Below are positions 18,026-28,609 of a stretch of 53,931 bases of DNA, piece after piece. The DNA lies in the NCBI GenBank assembly GCA_049322255.1, contig JBMORE010000182.1, positions 1 through 53,931 of the forward strand. The letters are read 5' to 3'. Below the pieces are notes generated by a model. It did not search any database and was not told the DNA's origin. It worked only from the letters and a program-made list of their open reading frames with translations. Positions within the stretch are counted from its first letter, which is position 1, and every line of letters begins with the position of its first letter. Position numbers and translations under genes: made by a program. Origin of the DNA: Myxococcota bacterium. Its GTDB lineage: Bacteria > Myxococcota > Myxococcia > Myxococcales > Myxococcaceae.

Positions 18026-20164
18026 ATGTCCGTCGCGAGGACTACCAAGCGTTTGCGAGGGACGGTCAGGCTGGTGCCGGGAGCAGGGGTGTTGTTCACC
18101 TTCGTCCACTTGGCGCGCGGCGGCTTTCGAGGGCTGGGCGCCCTGGGGTGGTGGGAAGCCGCCGCGGTGGGGCTCTTGCTCCTGGGCATTGGGCTGTCGG
18201 CCTTTCGCACCTTCCGGCGCTCAGCGCTCGGAGCGCCAGCGCGTCTTTTCGACGAGATCGAGCTGGGAGGAGGGCTCATCGCCGTCGCTTATGCGCTGGT
18301 GGCGGTGGGAGGGGCGCCGCTGATGCCCATCGTGTACCTCTTGATGGCGTTTCTGGTGAGCTTTCTCTCCCGCTCCGCGGGGCTGACCCTGCTCGGCGTG
18401 GCCTTGGTCTTCGACGCACTGGCCACGCTTCCGGGCAGCGTGAGCGCCTTCGCCCTCCACGCCACCTTCATGGTGCTCTTCGCCGCGCTCTACCACGTGG
18501 TGCTCTCTGCTCGGCTCGCCGCCGCCAAGCGTGCCGAGAGCCACGCGGTGGCCAACCGCATCAAGGAGGTCGAGGAGCGCGCCCGCACCTTTCGTCTGGT
18601 GAGCTCAGGCACGCAGGACAGTCTCCCGGGGGTGAAGGATCAGGAAAAATGGCTCTTGGCCTCGGTGAAGGAAATCGAAGGGGCCTTGGGCTCGGCACTG
18701 GAGATCGCCGAGACGGCGCTGGGCACCCATACCTGTGCGGTCCTTTTGCTCTCCACCGACGATCGCTCCCTCAAGCTGCACGACTGCCGCTCGGCCTCGG
18801 ACCGCGTGCAGCGCGATCGCTTCAGCGCCGGAGAGGGAATTTTGGGCGGGGTGCTCAAACGGGGCGTGCCCGTGCGCATGCACGCGAAAGGTGGGCTCAA
18901 AGGGGTGACCTATTACGAGCCGGGCGGGCCGTCGGTGGGAGCCATTCTCGCGGTGCCGATCGTCGAGGGCACGGGGCTGGTACGTGGGGTGCTGGTCGCC
19001 GACCGGCTTTTGCCCGAGCCGTTCAGCGAGCAGGACGAGCGGCTGCTTTCGATCATCGCGTCGGAGGTCTTACGGGCGATCGAGGGTGAGCGGGTGATGG
19101 GCTACATCCGCAAGACCCGCGACGAGAAAGACCGGTTCTTCAAGGCCATCGAGGAGATGAACCGCGCCAACTCTCCCGAGCAGGTGTTCCTCGCGGTGTT
19201 GGAGGGGGCCCGGCAGATCGCCGCCCTCGACTTTTGCGCCGTCACGCTGGTGAGCGAGGAGGGTGGAAGCCGGGTGCACCGCATCGTTCGGCTGAGCGGC
19301 GTCTCGGCGAACGGCCGGGCGCTGGAAGGCAGGCGCTTTGCCGACAACAACGGGCTGGTGGCCAACGTGGTGCGCTACGGAGCGCCGCTCCCGGGCCGCG
19401 ACGTGCGGGCGATGGACAGGCAAGTCATCTTCGACGCCGACACCCAGGTACGGGGGTTGGCGGCGTTGAAGATTTTCCCGCTGGTGGCGGGCGACCGCAT
19501 TCTGGGGACGTTGGTGGCCGGCTCGCGCAAGAAGGCGGCGATCGACGACGACGCCTTGCGCATGCTGGAGGTGATCGCCATTCAAGCCGCGCAGGCGGTC
19601 TTGCGCGCCCAGCTCTTCGAGCAGATGGAGCGTATGGCCACCACCGACGGGCTCACCGGGTTGTTCAACCACCGTACCTTCCAGGGGAAGGCCGACGAAG
19701 CGCTGGCGTCTGCCCGGCGCTACGGGCGCAAGTGCTCGCTCATCCTCACCGACATCGACCACTTCAAGAGCGTCAACGACACCTACGGGCACCCGGTGGG
19801 AGATCAGGTGCTCAAGGGGGTGGCGAAAATCCTCGAGGACACGGCGCGGGACACCGACCTGGTGGCCCGTTACGGAGGCGAGGAGTTCGCCATCGTCATG
19901 CCCGAGACCGATGTGCGCGGGGCGCAAATCATCGCCGAGCGCATTCGCGAGAGGGTGATGGCCGAGGTCTTCCAGACCGAGAACGGGCCGCTCAAGGTGA
20001 CCCTTTCCTTGGGCATCGCCACCTTTCCCGAGAACGCCCTGGAGAAGCAGGCGCTCATCGACCTCGCCGACCAGTGCTTGTACTTCGCCAAGCGGCACGG
20101 AAGGAATCAGACCGTCACCGTGGCGCACATGCAGGGAGGCAAACGCCGGCTGAAGTCCGCGTAG
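18026..20164 (+). CDS. dmxA: Membrane diguanylate cyclase, TM-GAF-GAF-GGDEF (DmxA-like)
   Basis: N-terminal TM helices, two GAF-like domains, TDGLTGLFN, DIDHFK, I-site RDTD, RYGGEEF; directly downstream of ftsB as known for Myxococcus xanthus dmxA (orthology inferred). Confidence 0.8.
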   Translation: MSVARTTKRLRGTVRLVPGAGVLFTFVHLARGGFRGLGALGWWEAAAVGLLLLGIGLSAFRTFRRSALGAPARLFDEIELGGGLIAVAYALVAVGGAPLMPIVYLLMAFLVSFLSRSAGLTLLGVALVFDALATLPGSVSAFALHATFMVLFAALYHVVLSARLAAAKRAESHAVANRIKEVEERARTFRLVSSGTQDSLPGVKDQEKWLLASVKEIEGALGSALEIAETALGTHTCAVLLLSTDDRSLKLHDCRSASDRVQRDRFSAGEGILGGVLKRGVPVRMHAKGGLKGVTYYEPGGPSVGAILAVPIVEGTGLVRGVLVADRLLPEPFSEQDERLLSIIASEVLRAIEGERVMGYIRKTRDEKDRFFKAIEEMNRANSPEQVFLAVLEGARQIAALDFCAVTLVSEEGGSRVHRIVRLSGVSANGRALEGRRFADNNGLVANVVRYGAPLPGRDVRAMDRQVIFDADTQVRGLAALKIFPLVAGDRILGTLVAGSRKKAAIDDDALRMLEVIAIQAAQAVLRAQLFEQMERMATTDGLTGLFNHRTFQGKADEALASARRYGRKCSLILTDIDHFKSVNDTYGHPVGDQVLKGVAKILEDTARDTDLVARYGGEEFAIVMPETDVRGAQIIAERIRERVMAEVFQTENGPLKVTLSLGIATFPENALEKQALIDLADQCLYFAKRHGRNQTVTVAHMQGGKRRLKSA

Positions 20165-20175
20165 AGTAGAGCGTG

Positions 20176-21450
20176 ATGGGCATTCGCGGACAGCTGGCGC
20201 TCCTGGTCCCAGGCGTCGTCGCCTTGAGCTTGATGGGGCTGGCCTTTGCCACGGCGCAGCAACGCCGGCGCGCCGAGATCGAGGAGATGCGTCTGCGCAG
20301 CGAGCGCGTGCTCGACGCGATTGGGGTCACCGCCGCGGTGCATGTGGCCCAGAACGACATGGCCGGGCTGGACACCTTGATTGCCCAGGTGAGCGAGAAC
20401 GGCCGCTACCCCGACTTGGAGGAGATCGCGGTGCTCGACGTCGAGGGTAGGGTGCTCGCACACTCCCGGCCGCAGCTTTTCAATACCCTCGCCGACGACT
20501 CCTTTTCTCACCGCGCGATCACCAGCGCGGCACCCTTGTGGGAGCGCCGGGGCGCCGTCTTGCGTGTGGCGGTGCCGGCTTCTTCCGGTTTGCGCTGGGC
20601 GACCGTGACTGCCACCTTCTCGCTCCTTCGGGTCGAGCAGTCGGTGGCCGCCTTTCGCGTGCGGCTCATGTGGACCGCAGTGGCGGTCGCCGCCTTGCTC
20701 GGCTTGGGGCTCTTCCTCGCCCTCGACCGGCTGGTGGTACGCCCGTTGCGGGTGCTGCAGCGAATGGCGCGGCGCATGGGAGAGGGGGCCCTCGATACGC
20801 GGGTACCGCCGCTGGCCGGCCGGGAGCTCTCCGAGCTTTCGGAGACGTTCAACAAGATGGCGAGCGCGCTGAACGAAGAGCACGACAACCTCGAGCGAAA
20901 AGTGGCTGCGCGCACCGCCGAGCTGGAAGAGGCCAATCGCCAGCTGGAGAAGCTCGCGGTCACCGACGGGCTCACCAGCGTCTACAACCACCGCCGCTTC
21001 CAGGAGGTGCTCGCCCAGGAGGTCTCGCGCTCCTCGCGTACGAAACACCCGCTCTCGGTGTTGATGATCGATGTCGATCACTTCAAGCGCTTCAACGATT
21101 CGATGGGGCACCCAGCGGGCGACGAGCTGTTGCGCCACTTGGCGTCGATCTTCACGACCGAGCTGCGCGCCAATGACCTGCTTGCCCGCTACGGAGGGGA
21201 GGAGTTCGCGGTCATTCTCCCGGAGACGGACAAGGTCGAGGCGGTGCAGGTGGCCGAACGGCTGCGGGCCGCGGTCGACGTCCAGCTCAACCGCGCCGAA
21301 GGCCCTCGGGTGAGCGTCAGCATCGGGGTCGCCTCCTACGCGCAGGATGGCGATGCGCCACGCTCGCTCCTCACCGCGGCGGACCGCGCGCTGTACGCCG
21401 CCAAGAACCGAGGCCGCAATCGGGTGGTGGCCGCCCAGGTGGCAGCGTGA
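20176..21450 (+). CDS. Membrane diguanylate cyclase, TM-periplasmic sensor-TM-HAMP-GGDEF
   Basis: Two TM segments, HAMP (RPLRVL...ELSELSETFNKM), TDGLT, DVDHFK, RAND I-site, RYGGEEF. Confidence 0.92.
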   Translation: MGIRGQLALLVPGVVALSLMGLAFATAQQRRRAEIEEMRLRSERVLDAIGVTAAVHVAQNDMAGLDTLIAQVSENGRYPDLEEIAVLDVEGRVLAHSRPQLFNTLADDSFSHRAITSAAPLWERRGAVLRVAVPASSGLRWATVTATFSLLRVEQSVAAFRVRLMWTAVAVAALLGLGLFLALDRLVVRPLRVLQRMARRMGEGALDTRVPPLAGRELSELSETFNKMASALNEEHDNLERKVAARTAELEEANRQLEKLAVTDGLTSVYNHRRFQEVLAQEVSRSSRTKHPLSVLMIDVDHFKRFNDSMGHPAGDELLRHLASIFTTELRANDLLARYGGEEFAVILPETDKVEAVQVAERLRAAVDVQLNRAEGPRVSVSIGVASYAQDGDAPRSLLTAADRALYAAKNRGRNRVVAAQVAA

Positions 21451-22358
21451 GAGCGATCGCCTGCTGCGCGCTGGCGATCGTCGCCGCTTGCGACGACGGC
21501 CCTGAGGGGAACCAGCCGGTGCGCTCGCCGTCCTCCAGCCCGCCCGCTGCTTTTCACGCGCCGGCCGCCTTCACCCGCCTTCGCCTCGGTGTCACCCCGT
21601 ATCTCGACGCCGCCACGATGCACAAAAACAGCGCGCCGTTGCTCGCCTACCTCTCGCGCGAGCTGAAGGTGCCCGTGGAAATCCAGGTGGCCTCGAGCTA
21701 CGACGATTTGGCCGAGCGCCTACGGCGCGCCGAGATCGAGCTCGCCCAGTTCAGCCCGTACGCCTTCGTGCGGGCCGAGGCGACGGTGCGCATGCAGCCG
21801 CTCGTCAGCGTCATCGCCGACGGTTCCGCCACCACCGCTGGCTACATCGTGGTGCGCGCCGACAGCCCGTACCGCCAGATTCAAGACCTCGCCGGCAAGC
21901 GCTTCGCCTTCGTCGATCCCGCCTCCACCTCGGGCTACCTCTACCCCTCCGCGGTGCTGCGCGAGCGCGGGTTGGACCCAGCGACGTTCTTTGCGCACAC
22001 CGAGTTCCTGGGGAACCACGAGGCGGTGCTCGACGCGGTCTTCGACGGGCGCTTCGACGGGGCTGCCACCTTCCAGGGCGCGTTGCTCTCGCTGCAACGC
22101 TCGAAGGGCATCGACCCTTTGAGCTTTCGAATCATCGGCAAGACACCGCGCACCCCACACGATATTTTCTGCGCTCGCGGAGATCTTTCTGCCGAAACGG
22201 TGGCCACGCTGCGCGCGTTGTTCCTCTCGCTGTCGGTGCGCACCCCGGAGGGTCGCCTCATCTTGCGCCCGCTCAACTTCAACGGCTTCGTCGAGCCCCT
22301 GGACGCGATCTTCGAGCCGGTGCGAAGGGCGCACACCGCATCGCAGAGCGCGCAATGA
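21447..22358 (+). CDS. PhnD-family (phosphate/phosphonate-type) substrate-binding lipoprotein
   Basis: Lipobox VAAC, LRLGVTP, DLAGKRFAFVDPASTSGYLYP, GNHEAV; GTGA overlap. Confidence 0.88.
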   Translation: MRAIACCALAIVAACDDGPEGNQPVRSPSSSPPAAFHAPAAFTRLRLGVTPYLDAATMHKNSAPLLAYLSRELKVPVEIQVASSYDDLAERLRRAEIELAQFSPYAFVRAEATVRMQPLVSVIADGSATTAGYIVVRADSPYRQIQDLAGKRFAFVDPASTSGYLYPSAVLRERGLDPATFFAHTEFLGNHEAVLDAVFDGRFDGAATFQGALLSLQRSKGIDPLSFRIIGKTPRTPHDIFCARGDLSAETVATLRALFLSLSVRTPEGRLILRPLNFNGFVEPLDAIFEPVRRAHTASQSAQ

Positions 22359-23155
22359 CCAAAGAAGAGCTGCTGCCTCTTGCGGTCACCGTGGGCGGAA
22401 AGGCGAAAGCGGCGGCGGTGGCCCGCGCGCGCGAGGCGGCGGCCCAGTGGAGGCTCCCGTTCGTCGAACGCCTGCCCAAGGTGCCCCTCGGGTCGATGGT
22501 GGGTGCCCAGGCCAGAGCCTTCTTGGTGTTTCGCGGCGACGGCGTTGCGTTGGTCGATCGCCACGGGGAGCTGCGCTTCACCCCCGGCATGGCGCGTCTG
22601 CGGGTCAAGCGCCTCGACGCCGGTGTGGATGAGGACTTGCTGGTGCGGCTGGGCGAGCTTTCCCAAGGCGACGCGGTGCTGGACTGCACCCTGGGGCTGG
22701 GCGCCGACGCTCTGGTGAGCGCGCGCGCGGTGGGGCCGGGGGGCAGGGTGGTAGGGGTGGAAAAGTCGCTCGCCCTCTACGCGCTGTCGGCGGCAGGGTT
22801 TTCGACGTACACCTTCGGGCCTCGCTCCTGCCGGGTGGAAACGCGGCACGCCGACGCCGGCGAGGTGTTGCGCCAAACCCCGCGCGGCGCCTTCGACGTG
22901 GTGCTCTTCGACCCGATGTTCGAGCGGCCACGGCGCTCGTCTCCCGCGTTCGAGCTTTTGCGCCGGCACGCCGACCACACGCCCCTCTCCTCGGAGATAA
23001 TCACCGAGGCCCAACGGGTGGCGCGGCGGTGGGTGCTGGTGAAGGGTTCGCGCTACTCGGCAGACTTGAAGAAGCTGGGGCTCACACCGCAGCCAGCCGC
23101 ACGCGGCGCGACCGTCGTGTGGGCCCGCCTGGGTCCCGCGCCCAATGCTTCCTAG
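22355..23155 (+). CDS. Class I SAM-dependent methyltransferase (RsmJ-like family)
   Basis: [12 protein letters not shown] motif [11 protein letters not shown] motif IV. Confidence 0.85.
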   Translation: MTKEELLPLAVTVGGKAKAAAVARAREAAAQWRLPFVERLPKVPLGSMVGAQARAFLVFRGDGVALVDRHGELRFTPGMARLRVKRLDAGVDEDLLVRLGELSQGDAVLDCTLGLGADALVSARAVGPGGRVVGVEKSLALYALSAAGFSTYTFGPRSCRVETRHADAGEVLRQTPRGAFDVVLFDPMFERPRRSSPAFELLRRHADHTPLSSEIITEAQRVARRWVLVKGSRYSADLKKLGLTPQPAARGATVVWARLGPAPNAS

Positions 23156-24813
23156 TCCTTGTCCGACCCTTTGGGCGGGCCTTCGCCGCCCAGCGGCGAG
23201 AGCTTGCCTGACAGCGCCCCGGCCTGCTCGTGCGGCATCAGGTCGCGCGGCGAGCGGAAGTACTGCACCGGCGAGTAGGGCAAGAAGTTCGACACCCGGC
23301 TGGTGTAGAGGCAGGCGTACTGCTCGACCTGCTCACCGAAGCGGCTGTTCTCGGTACCCTCTTTGAAGAGCAGGCCCCAGTAAGGGTTGAAGCCCTCCTC
23401 GACGTCGCGCTCCAGGGCGTCGGCAATCTGAGCCGTTTCTTTGAGCGCGCGGCGCACCTTGTCGAGCTCGGCCTTGGCGCGCTTGCGCTCCTCCTCGATG
23501 CCGGCCCGTTCCTCGGGGGCGACGCCGTTTTTCTCCAGCTTCCGCTCGAGCGTGTTGAGCGCCGCCTTGCGTTGGTTCACCTCGTCGTCCAGCCGGGCGC
23601 GGAGAAGCTCGATCTCCGAGAGGTGAGAGATTTCTTCCTTGCGCGCGTCGGTGAAGGAGATTTCGTCTTCGATTTCCTGCACCACCATGCACGTGCGCCA
23701 CAGCGAAGTCTTCTTCGATTTGAGGATGTCGCCATAGATGTGGTCGCCCACGTAGAGAATTGCCTCGCCGCAAAAGCCCGCCAGCTGCTCGAACGCGGGC
23801 AGGTTGCCGCCCTGGTACACCTTCCACCGTTCGAGCGCGCTCGCCTCTGCGATGACGCGACCCTCTTCGGAGGAGTGGTCGATCTCCTGAAAAGGGCGCT
23901 GCTCGGAAAAGAACGCAGGCTTGGACGCGCCGACGATCACGATGTCGAAGTAGTTGCGCCAGCTGGGGTACTCGGGCACCACGCCGTCGAGCAGGTAGCG
24001 CATCACCGCGTCGGTGTAGTCCCACAGCGAGTTGGTGAGCAAAAACAGCTTCTTGCCGCCCGAGCGCAGCTTGTGCAGCGTGGGACCCAGCTCGGGGTCT
24101 TTGAAGATGTAGTGGCCGATGTCCTTGCGAATCTCGCGCTTGAGCGAATTGTCGCGGTGAACGGTGTCGATCGCCTCACGAATGTCGTCGTAGAGCCGGC
24201 CGTAGTCGACGGGGAGCCGCCTGGCTTCCAGCACGTCGATGATGCCGGCGTACAGACAAGCCTCGGGAAGCGCGAACAGGGTGTCGATCCACGCGTAGCG
24301 CGGGTCTTTCACCCGCACCAGCTCGTTGCGGTACAGCTTGGTCCAGGCCTCCTCGTCCAGCGGGCGGCGGCCGTGGTAGGCGCGCCCCACGTGGCCAAAC
24401 CGGTCCATCTTGATCAAGTTGCCGTGGCGCTTGTCGACGAACACACCGCGCATTCCGAACAAATGGTCGTACTGGATGGTGCCGATGTCCGCTGGATAGC
24501 CGTAGTCCTGGCGCAGCTTGACCAGCGTCATGTCGAACGAGAGCTGCTCGATCCGGCGCATGTGGTAGATGGCCAGCGTGTAGTCCATATCGAAGCCGAC
24601 CAGGCCGATCTGCGACATGCGCAGGTTGCGATTGACGAAAATTTGCCGGGCGCGCTCGACGTTGCTCTTCTCGCGCGGGGAGAGCAGCCGAGCCAGGCCC
24701 TCGTCGGAAAGCAGGCTCTGGGCGCGTTGCTCGGCGTCCAGGGCGGCCGAGCGATCTCGCAGCGGGCCGAAGCTGCCGTGCAGGGCGGGCGAAGCCAAGA
24801 GAATTCCCTTCAT
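23152..24813 (-). CDS. HAD-IG family 5'-nucleotidase (cN-II-like)
   Basis: [36 protein letters not shown]; start uncertain. Confidence 0.92.
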   Translation of the reverse strand: MKGILLASPALHGSFGPLRDRSAALDAEQRAQSLLSDEGLARLLSPREKSNVERARQIFVNRNLRMSQIGLVGFDMDYTLAIYHMRRIEQLSFDMTLVKLRQDYGYPADIGTIQYDHLFGMRGVFVDKRHGNLIKMDRFGHVGRAYHGRRPLDEEAWTKLYRNELVRVKDPRYAWIDTLFALPEACLYAGIIDVLEARRLPVDYGRLYDDIREAIDTVHRDNSLKREIRKDIGHYIFKDPELGPTLHKLRSGGKKLFLLTNSLWDYTDAVMRYLLDGVVPEYPSWRNYFDIVIVGASKPAFFSEQRPFQEIDHSSEEGRVIAEASALERWKVYQGGNLPAFEQLAGFCGEAILYVGDHIYGDILKSKKTSLWRTCMVVQEIEDEISFTDARKEEISHLSEIELLRARLDDEVNQRKAALNTLERKLEKNGVAPEERAGIEEERKRAKAELDKVRRALKETAQIADALERDVEEGFNPYWGLLFKEGTENSRFGEQVEQYACLYTSRVSNFLPYSPVQYFRSPRDLMPHEQAGALSGKLSPLGGEGPPKGSDKD

Positions 24814-24843
24814 AACAATTGCGTGGCACGCTTCCAAACGTCG

Positions 24844-25134
24844 ATGCGCCAGCGCCCACCCACTTTAGACCCCGATGAGCGCGCCGCCTTGCTCGCGCGC
24901 ATCGAGGATCTCGAGCTTCGCATGAAGCTTCTGGAGGCGCGGGTGAGGGGGCTCTCCGCTGAGCGGAGGCGCGAGGGGCCCCAAGCCGAGACAGCTTTGG
25001 CGAGCCGGAAAGCCCGTCGCAGTCGGCCGCGCGCGCGCTGTCCCGGCTGCATGCTCGAGCTGCCTACCGGCAGGCGGGGAGAGTCGTGCGTGTGGTGCGG
25101 GTTCCGATTCGAGGCGGTCAGGACCTACCGGTAA
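24844..25134 (+). CDS. Small coiled-coil plus zinc-ribbon protein
   Basis: Heptad-like N-terminus, CPGC...CVWCG; TAATG coupling to kinase gene. Confidence 0.7.
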   Translation: MRQRPPTLDPDERAALLARIEDLELRMKLLEARVRGLSAERRREGPQAETALASRKARRSRPRARCPGCMLELPTGRRGESCVWCGFRFEAVRTYR

Positions 25135-26957
25135 TGGCCGTTCGGTACCGTCTGACGGGGCGCTTGGAGACGGGCGAGCTGGCCGAGCTGTACCGCGCCA
25201 AGCGCCGAAACCAACCGGTGGTGGTGAAGCTGTTCCACGCCCGTACCTCTGATGCGAGCTACGCGCGCGAGCTGGCCGAGGTGAACCGGGTGCTGGCACC
25301 CCTGAAGAAGCCCGGGGTGTTGAAGGTGCTCGACATGGGCCTTGTGCACGAGCGCCTGGCCGTGGTGCGTGAAGACGTGGGGGGGTACACCCTGGGGCAG
25401 GTCCTGCAGAGACTCAACACCCGCGAGGTGGTGCTCCCGGCGGCGCTGGTCCTGCTCCTGGCGATGGATCTGCTCGAGCTTCTTTCGCAAGCGCACGAGG
25501 CAGGAGCGCTTCATGGTGCGCTCACGCCTGGCAACATCTTGCTCTCCGCCGAGGGCCGGCCCGCGATCTGCGACTTCGGCGCCCTGCGCGCGCTCAACGC
25601 GGCGCCGCGGCTGCGCAGGCGGTTCGGCGGCCGAGGACGCGGCAGCTACCGCGGCCCCGAGATCGCCAAGGGCGAGCAGCCCGAGGTGGAATCCGACATC
25701 TACTCGCTGGGGGCGATCACCTACGAGCTGCTCACGCTGCGAGAGGCAGGCTCGGGCAGGGCCCCCCTGAGTGTGCGGCGCGAGGTGCTGCCGCCTCCCT
25801 CGCGCTTCGATCGCCGGCTGAACGCGCGCATCGACCCGATCGTGATGCGGGCCATCGACCCGGTACCCTCACGCCGCTTCCGTTCCTGCCAGGAGATGGC
25901 GTCGGCGGTCGGCGAGTTCCTCCTCGCCAATGGAGGCATGCCGGTGCGCGACGAGCTGCGCCGCTTCGTCACCGGGCTTTTCCCCAACGAGGTGAGGGTC
26001 GACGAGGCACCGGAGCTGGTGCCTTTCGCCGATCCATTCGAGCTGGTGGAGGTCACGGGCGTCAGCCTGCCCGAGCCGGAGTTGGCCGAGACGAGCGTGG
26101 TGGAGCGCCCCTCGTTTTCCAGCGGCGAGCTTCACGTCGGCACCGAGACACTCGAAAACATTCCCGTCCTCGATCCAGTGCCGCCCCAGGCCAGCGGTCC
26201 GGCCCTCGACGATGGCACCGAGCCGGGCACGACGAAGCTCGAGGAGGCTTGGCACGCGCCGCCCTCCTCGGCGCCGGTGGCGAAAAAGCCGCTCGCCGTC
26301 ACGGCGCATCCCGCCTTGGGTTCAGCAGCGATGAGGCGAATGCGGGTGGTCGAAAGCATCGAAGCGCTCGAGGAGGGCAAGACCTCTCAGACCGCGCTGC
26401 CCAAGCTCGTTCCCAAGCCCCAAGACCCGTGGGCCTACGCCGCCGAGCCGGCCCCCGAGGTGAGCCGGTCACGTCGGGCGCGCACGGTCGAGCGCCACCT
26501 CTCCGAGGCAGCGAGGTTTCGGCAGCGCGTGCTTCAGGTGCTGATCGGAGTGACGTTGACAGGGCTGGTCACCTTGGGCTTGTTGCTGTGGTACAGCCTT
26601 GCTCGGCCCGCCTTCCCGCCCAAGGGTGGAACGCCCCCCGTCAAGCGGCCGCCGCCCACGTCGCTGGCACCCAAGCCGGCCGTCGAGCCGCTCCGAGAAT
26701 CGGAGTCAACCGACGACTGGCACCTTCCCCCGACGAAGAACGCTGGCTTTCTGAGCGTCACCTCCGACGTACCGGCGATGGTCTACGTCGACGGCCAGCG
26801 GGTGCGAAAGCCGACGCCGTTGGTGCGCTACCCCGTGCTTTCAGGCGAACGGAAGATTGCCATCGTCGAGGCGCGAACAGGCCGGCGCCGCGAATTTTCT
26901 CTTACCTTGAGCAAAGGCCAGCTCATCAAGCTCGAGGAACAGTTCGGCCCCCGCTGA
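25134..26957 (+). CDS. Hanks-type Ser/Thr kinase-like membrane protein (probable pseudokinase) with C-terminal PEGA-like domain
   Basis: VVVKL, HGALTPGNI, DFG, GPE, SDIYSLG; TM near the C-terminus; LSVTSDVPAMVYVDG...TP. Confidence 0.85.
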   Translation: MAVRYRLTGRLETGELAELYRAKRRNQPVVVKLFHARTSDASYARELAEVNRVLAPLKKPGVLKVLDMGLVHERLAVVREDVGGYTLGQVLQRLNTREVVLPAALVLLLAMDLLELLSQAHEAGALHGALTPGNILLSAEGRPAICDFGALRALNAAPRLRRRFGGRGRGSYRGPEIAKGEQPEVESDIYSLGAITYELLTLREAGSGRAPLSVRREVLPPPSRFDRRLNARIDPIVMRAIDPVPSRRFRSCQEMASAVGEFLLANGGMPVRDELRRFVTGLFPNEVRVDEAPELVPFADPFELVEVTGVSLPEPELAETSVVERPSFSSGELHVGTETLENIPVLDPVPPQASGPALDDGTEPGTTKLEEAWHAPPSSAPVAKKPLAVTAHPALGSAAMRRMRVVESIEALEEGKTSQTALPKLVPKPQDPWAYAAEPAPEVSRSRRARTVERHLSEAARFRQRVLQVLIGVTLTGLVTLGLLLWYSLARPAFPPKGGTPPVKRPPPTSLAPKPAVEPLRESESTDDWHLPPTKNAGFLSVTSDVPAMVYVDGQRVRKPTPLVRYPVLSGERKIAIVEARTGRRREFSLTLSKGQLIKLEEQFGPR

Positions 26958-26983
26958 CGCGTGGTATAGGAGCGGGTGTCGCG

Positions 26984-27640
26984 ATGGACCGAACCCGGAT
27001 CTTCATCGTCGAAGACCAGCCCAACCTGCTCAAGAACCTGGTGAAGGCGCTGGGCACTTTCGACGAGCTTCAGGTGGTGGGCACTGCGCAGGACGGTGAG
27101 CAGGCGGTGGCCGACATCGTCGCCTTGCGCCCACAGCTGGTGCTGCTCGACCTCGAGCTGCCCAACCTCGACGGCATTCAGGTGACCCGGCGGCTCAAGC
27201 AAAAGGCGCCGGAGGTGGAGATCCTCATCCTCACCTCTTTCGACGACGAGCAGAAGGTCTACGAGGCGGTTCAGGCTGGCGCTTCGGGCTACCTGGTCAA
27301 GCGGGTGGGGCCGGAGAAGATTCGCTCGGCGATCCAAGACGTGATGGCCGGCGGCACCGTGCTCGAAGCGCTCATCGCCAAGCGCTTCTGGAACTATTTC
27401 CAAGCGGTGCAGGCCAAGCACGTTCAAAAGGCACCCAACCCGTGGGGACTCTCCCCGGTCGAGCTGGACGTCCTGCGCTACGTGGCCAAGGGGCTTTCCA
27501 ACGCCGAGGTAGGCTCGGTGATGACCATCGAGCGGCGCACGGTGCGCACTCATCTGTCGCACATCTATCGGAAGATGGGCGTCAACTCCCACGTGGATGC
27601 GGTGGTGCTGGCGCTGCGTCACGGGCTGGTGGAGCTGTAG
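26984..27640 (+). CDS. NarL/LuxR-family response regulator
   Basis: IVEDQ, LLDLELPNLDG, ILTSF, GYLVK; HTH LSPVELDVL...GLSNAEV...TVRTHLSHIYRK; AGGAG RBS. Confidence 0.93.
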   Translation: MDRTRIFIVEDQPNLLKNLVKALGTFDELQVVGTAQDGEQAVADIVALRPQLVLLDLELPNLDGIQVTRRLKQKAPEVEILILTSFDDEQKVYEAVQAGASGYLVKRVGPEKIRSAIQDVMAGGTVLEALIAKRFWNYFQAVQAKHVQKAPNPWGLSPVELDVLRYVAKGLSNAEVGSVMTIERRTVRTHLSHIYRKMGVNSHVDAVVLALRHGLVEL

Positions 27641-27643
27641 GCG

Positions 27644-28609
27644 GTGCACGCGCTGGTATGGGTGAGCCTGCTCGCGCTCGCGGCCTCGGATGGGGAGGGC
27701 GTCTTTCGGCGCAAAGTGCTCACCTCCGACCGGGTGGCGCTGGCCTTGTACCGCTACGTTCCGCCGGGGGGAGGTCGCGCGCACCCACCGGTACTGCTGG
27801 TGCCGGAGCTCGGTTTCGGTCGCGAGGCGTTCGACCTGCGTGGCCGCGGGCTGGCGCCTTACCTGGTGTCCCAAGGCAGAGAGGTGTACGTGCTCGAGCC
27901 TCGCGGGCACGGAAAATCGTCGGCGCCTCCGGGGTGGCGCCTGGCCGAGATCGTCGAACGCGATCTGCCGGCGGCGCTCGAGGTGATTTCCCGGGCCTGC
28001 GTCGGGCGGGTCGACGTGGTGGCGCACGGGTTTGGTGGCACCCTGGTGCTGGCGGCGGCGGCCAAGGAGCTCGCTGGGAAGATGGGGCGCATCGTCGCGC
28101 TGTCGACGCCGGCCGAGCCGGAGCTTCCCAACCGGCACACGGCGGCGGTGCTGCGCGCCGGAGGAAAGCTTTCCGCGCTGGCCACCGACCCCGAGGGCGC
28201 CGCGGTGTTCCACATGCTCTATACCCGTGGCGGTCAGCTCGACGCCGCCGTGGTCACCGAGCTGCGCGCGACGGGGCTGAGCGATCTCTCGGGAGCGGCA
28301 GCGAGAGATTTACTCCGCTGGATGGAGAAGGGCGATCTGCCGCTGGCCGATGGCTCGACGATGAAACAGCGCCTGGCTGCGCTCGATCGGCCGACGCTGC
28401 TCTTCTTGCCCCTCCTCGACAACTTCGCCCATCCCGAATTCGCCTCGCCGCTGCGAGAGCTGGCCAAGGGCCCAGTGCAGGTGCGCGTTTTGAGCCGTCT
28501 GGAGCTTTTCCGCGAGGACTACACCCATCTGTCGATGCTCCATGGGCAAGACGCGCCCAAAGACGTCTTCGCGCCGGCGTTGAAATTCTTGAACGAGAAG
28601 ACGAAGTGA
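27644..28609 (+). CDS. Exported alpha/beta-hydrolase-fold protein lacking the nucleophile Ser
   Basis: Signal peptide, PPVLLVP, EPRGHG, elbow AHGFGG. Confidence 0.75.
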   Translation: MHALVWVSLLALAASDGEGVFRRKVLTSDRVALALYRYVPPGGGRAHPPVLLVPELGFGREAFDLRGRGLAPYLVSQGREVYVLEPRGHGKSSAPPGWRLAEIVERDLPAALEVISRACVGRVDVVAHGFGGTLVLAAAAKELAGKMGRIVALSTPAEPELPNRHTAAVLRAGGKLSALATDPEGAAVFHMLYTRGGQLDAAVVTELRATGLSDLSGAAARDLLRWMEKGDLPLADGSTMKQRLAALDRPTLLFLPLLDNFAHPEFASPLRELAKGPVQVRVLSRLELFREDYTHLSMLHGQDAPKDVFAPALKFLNEKTK

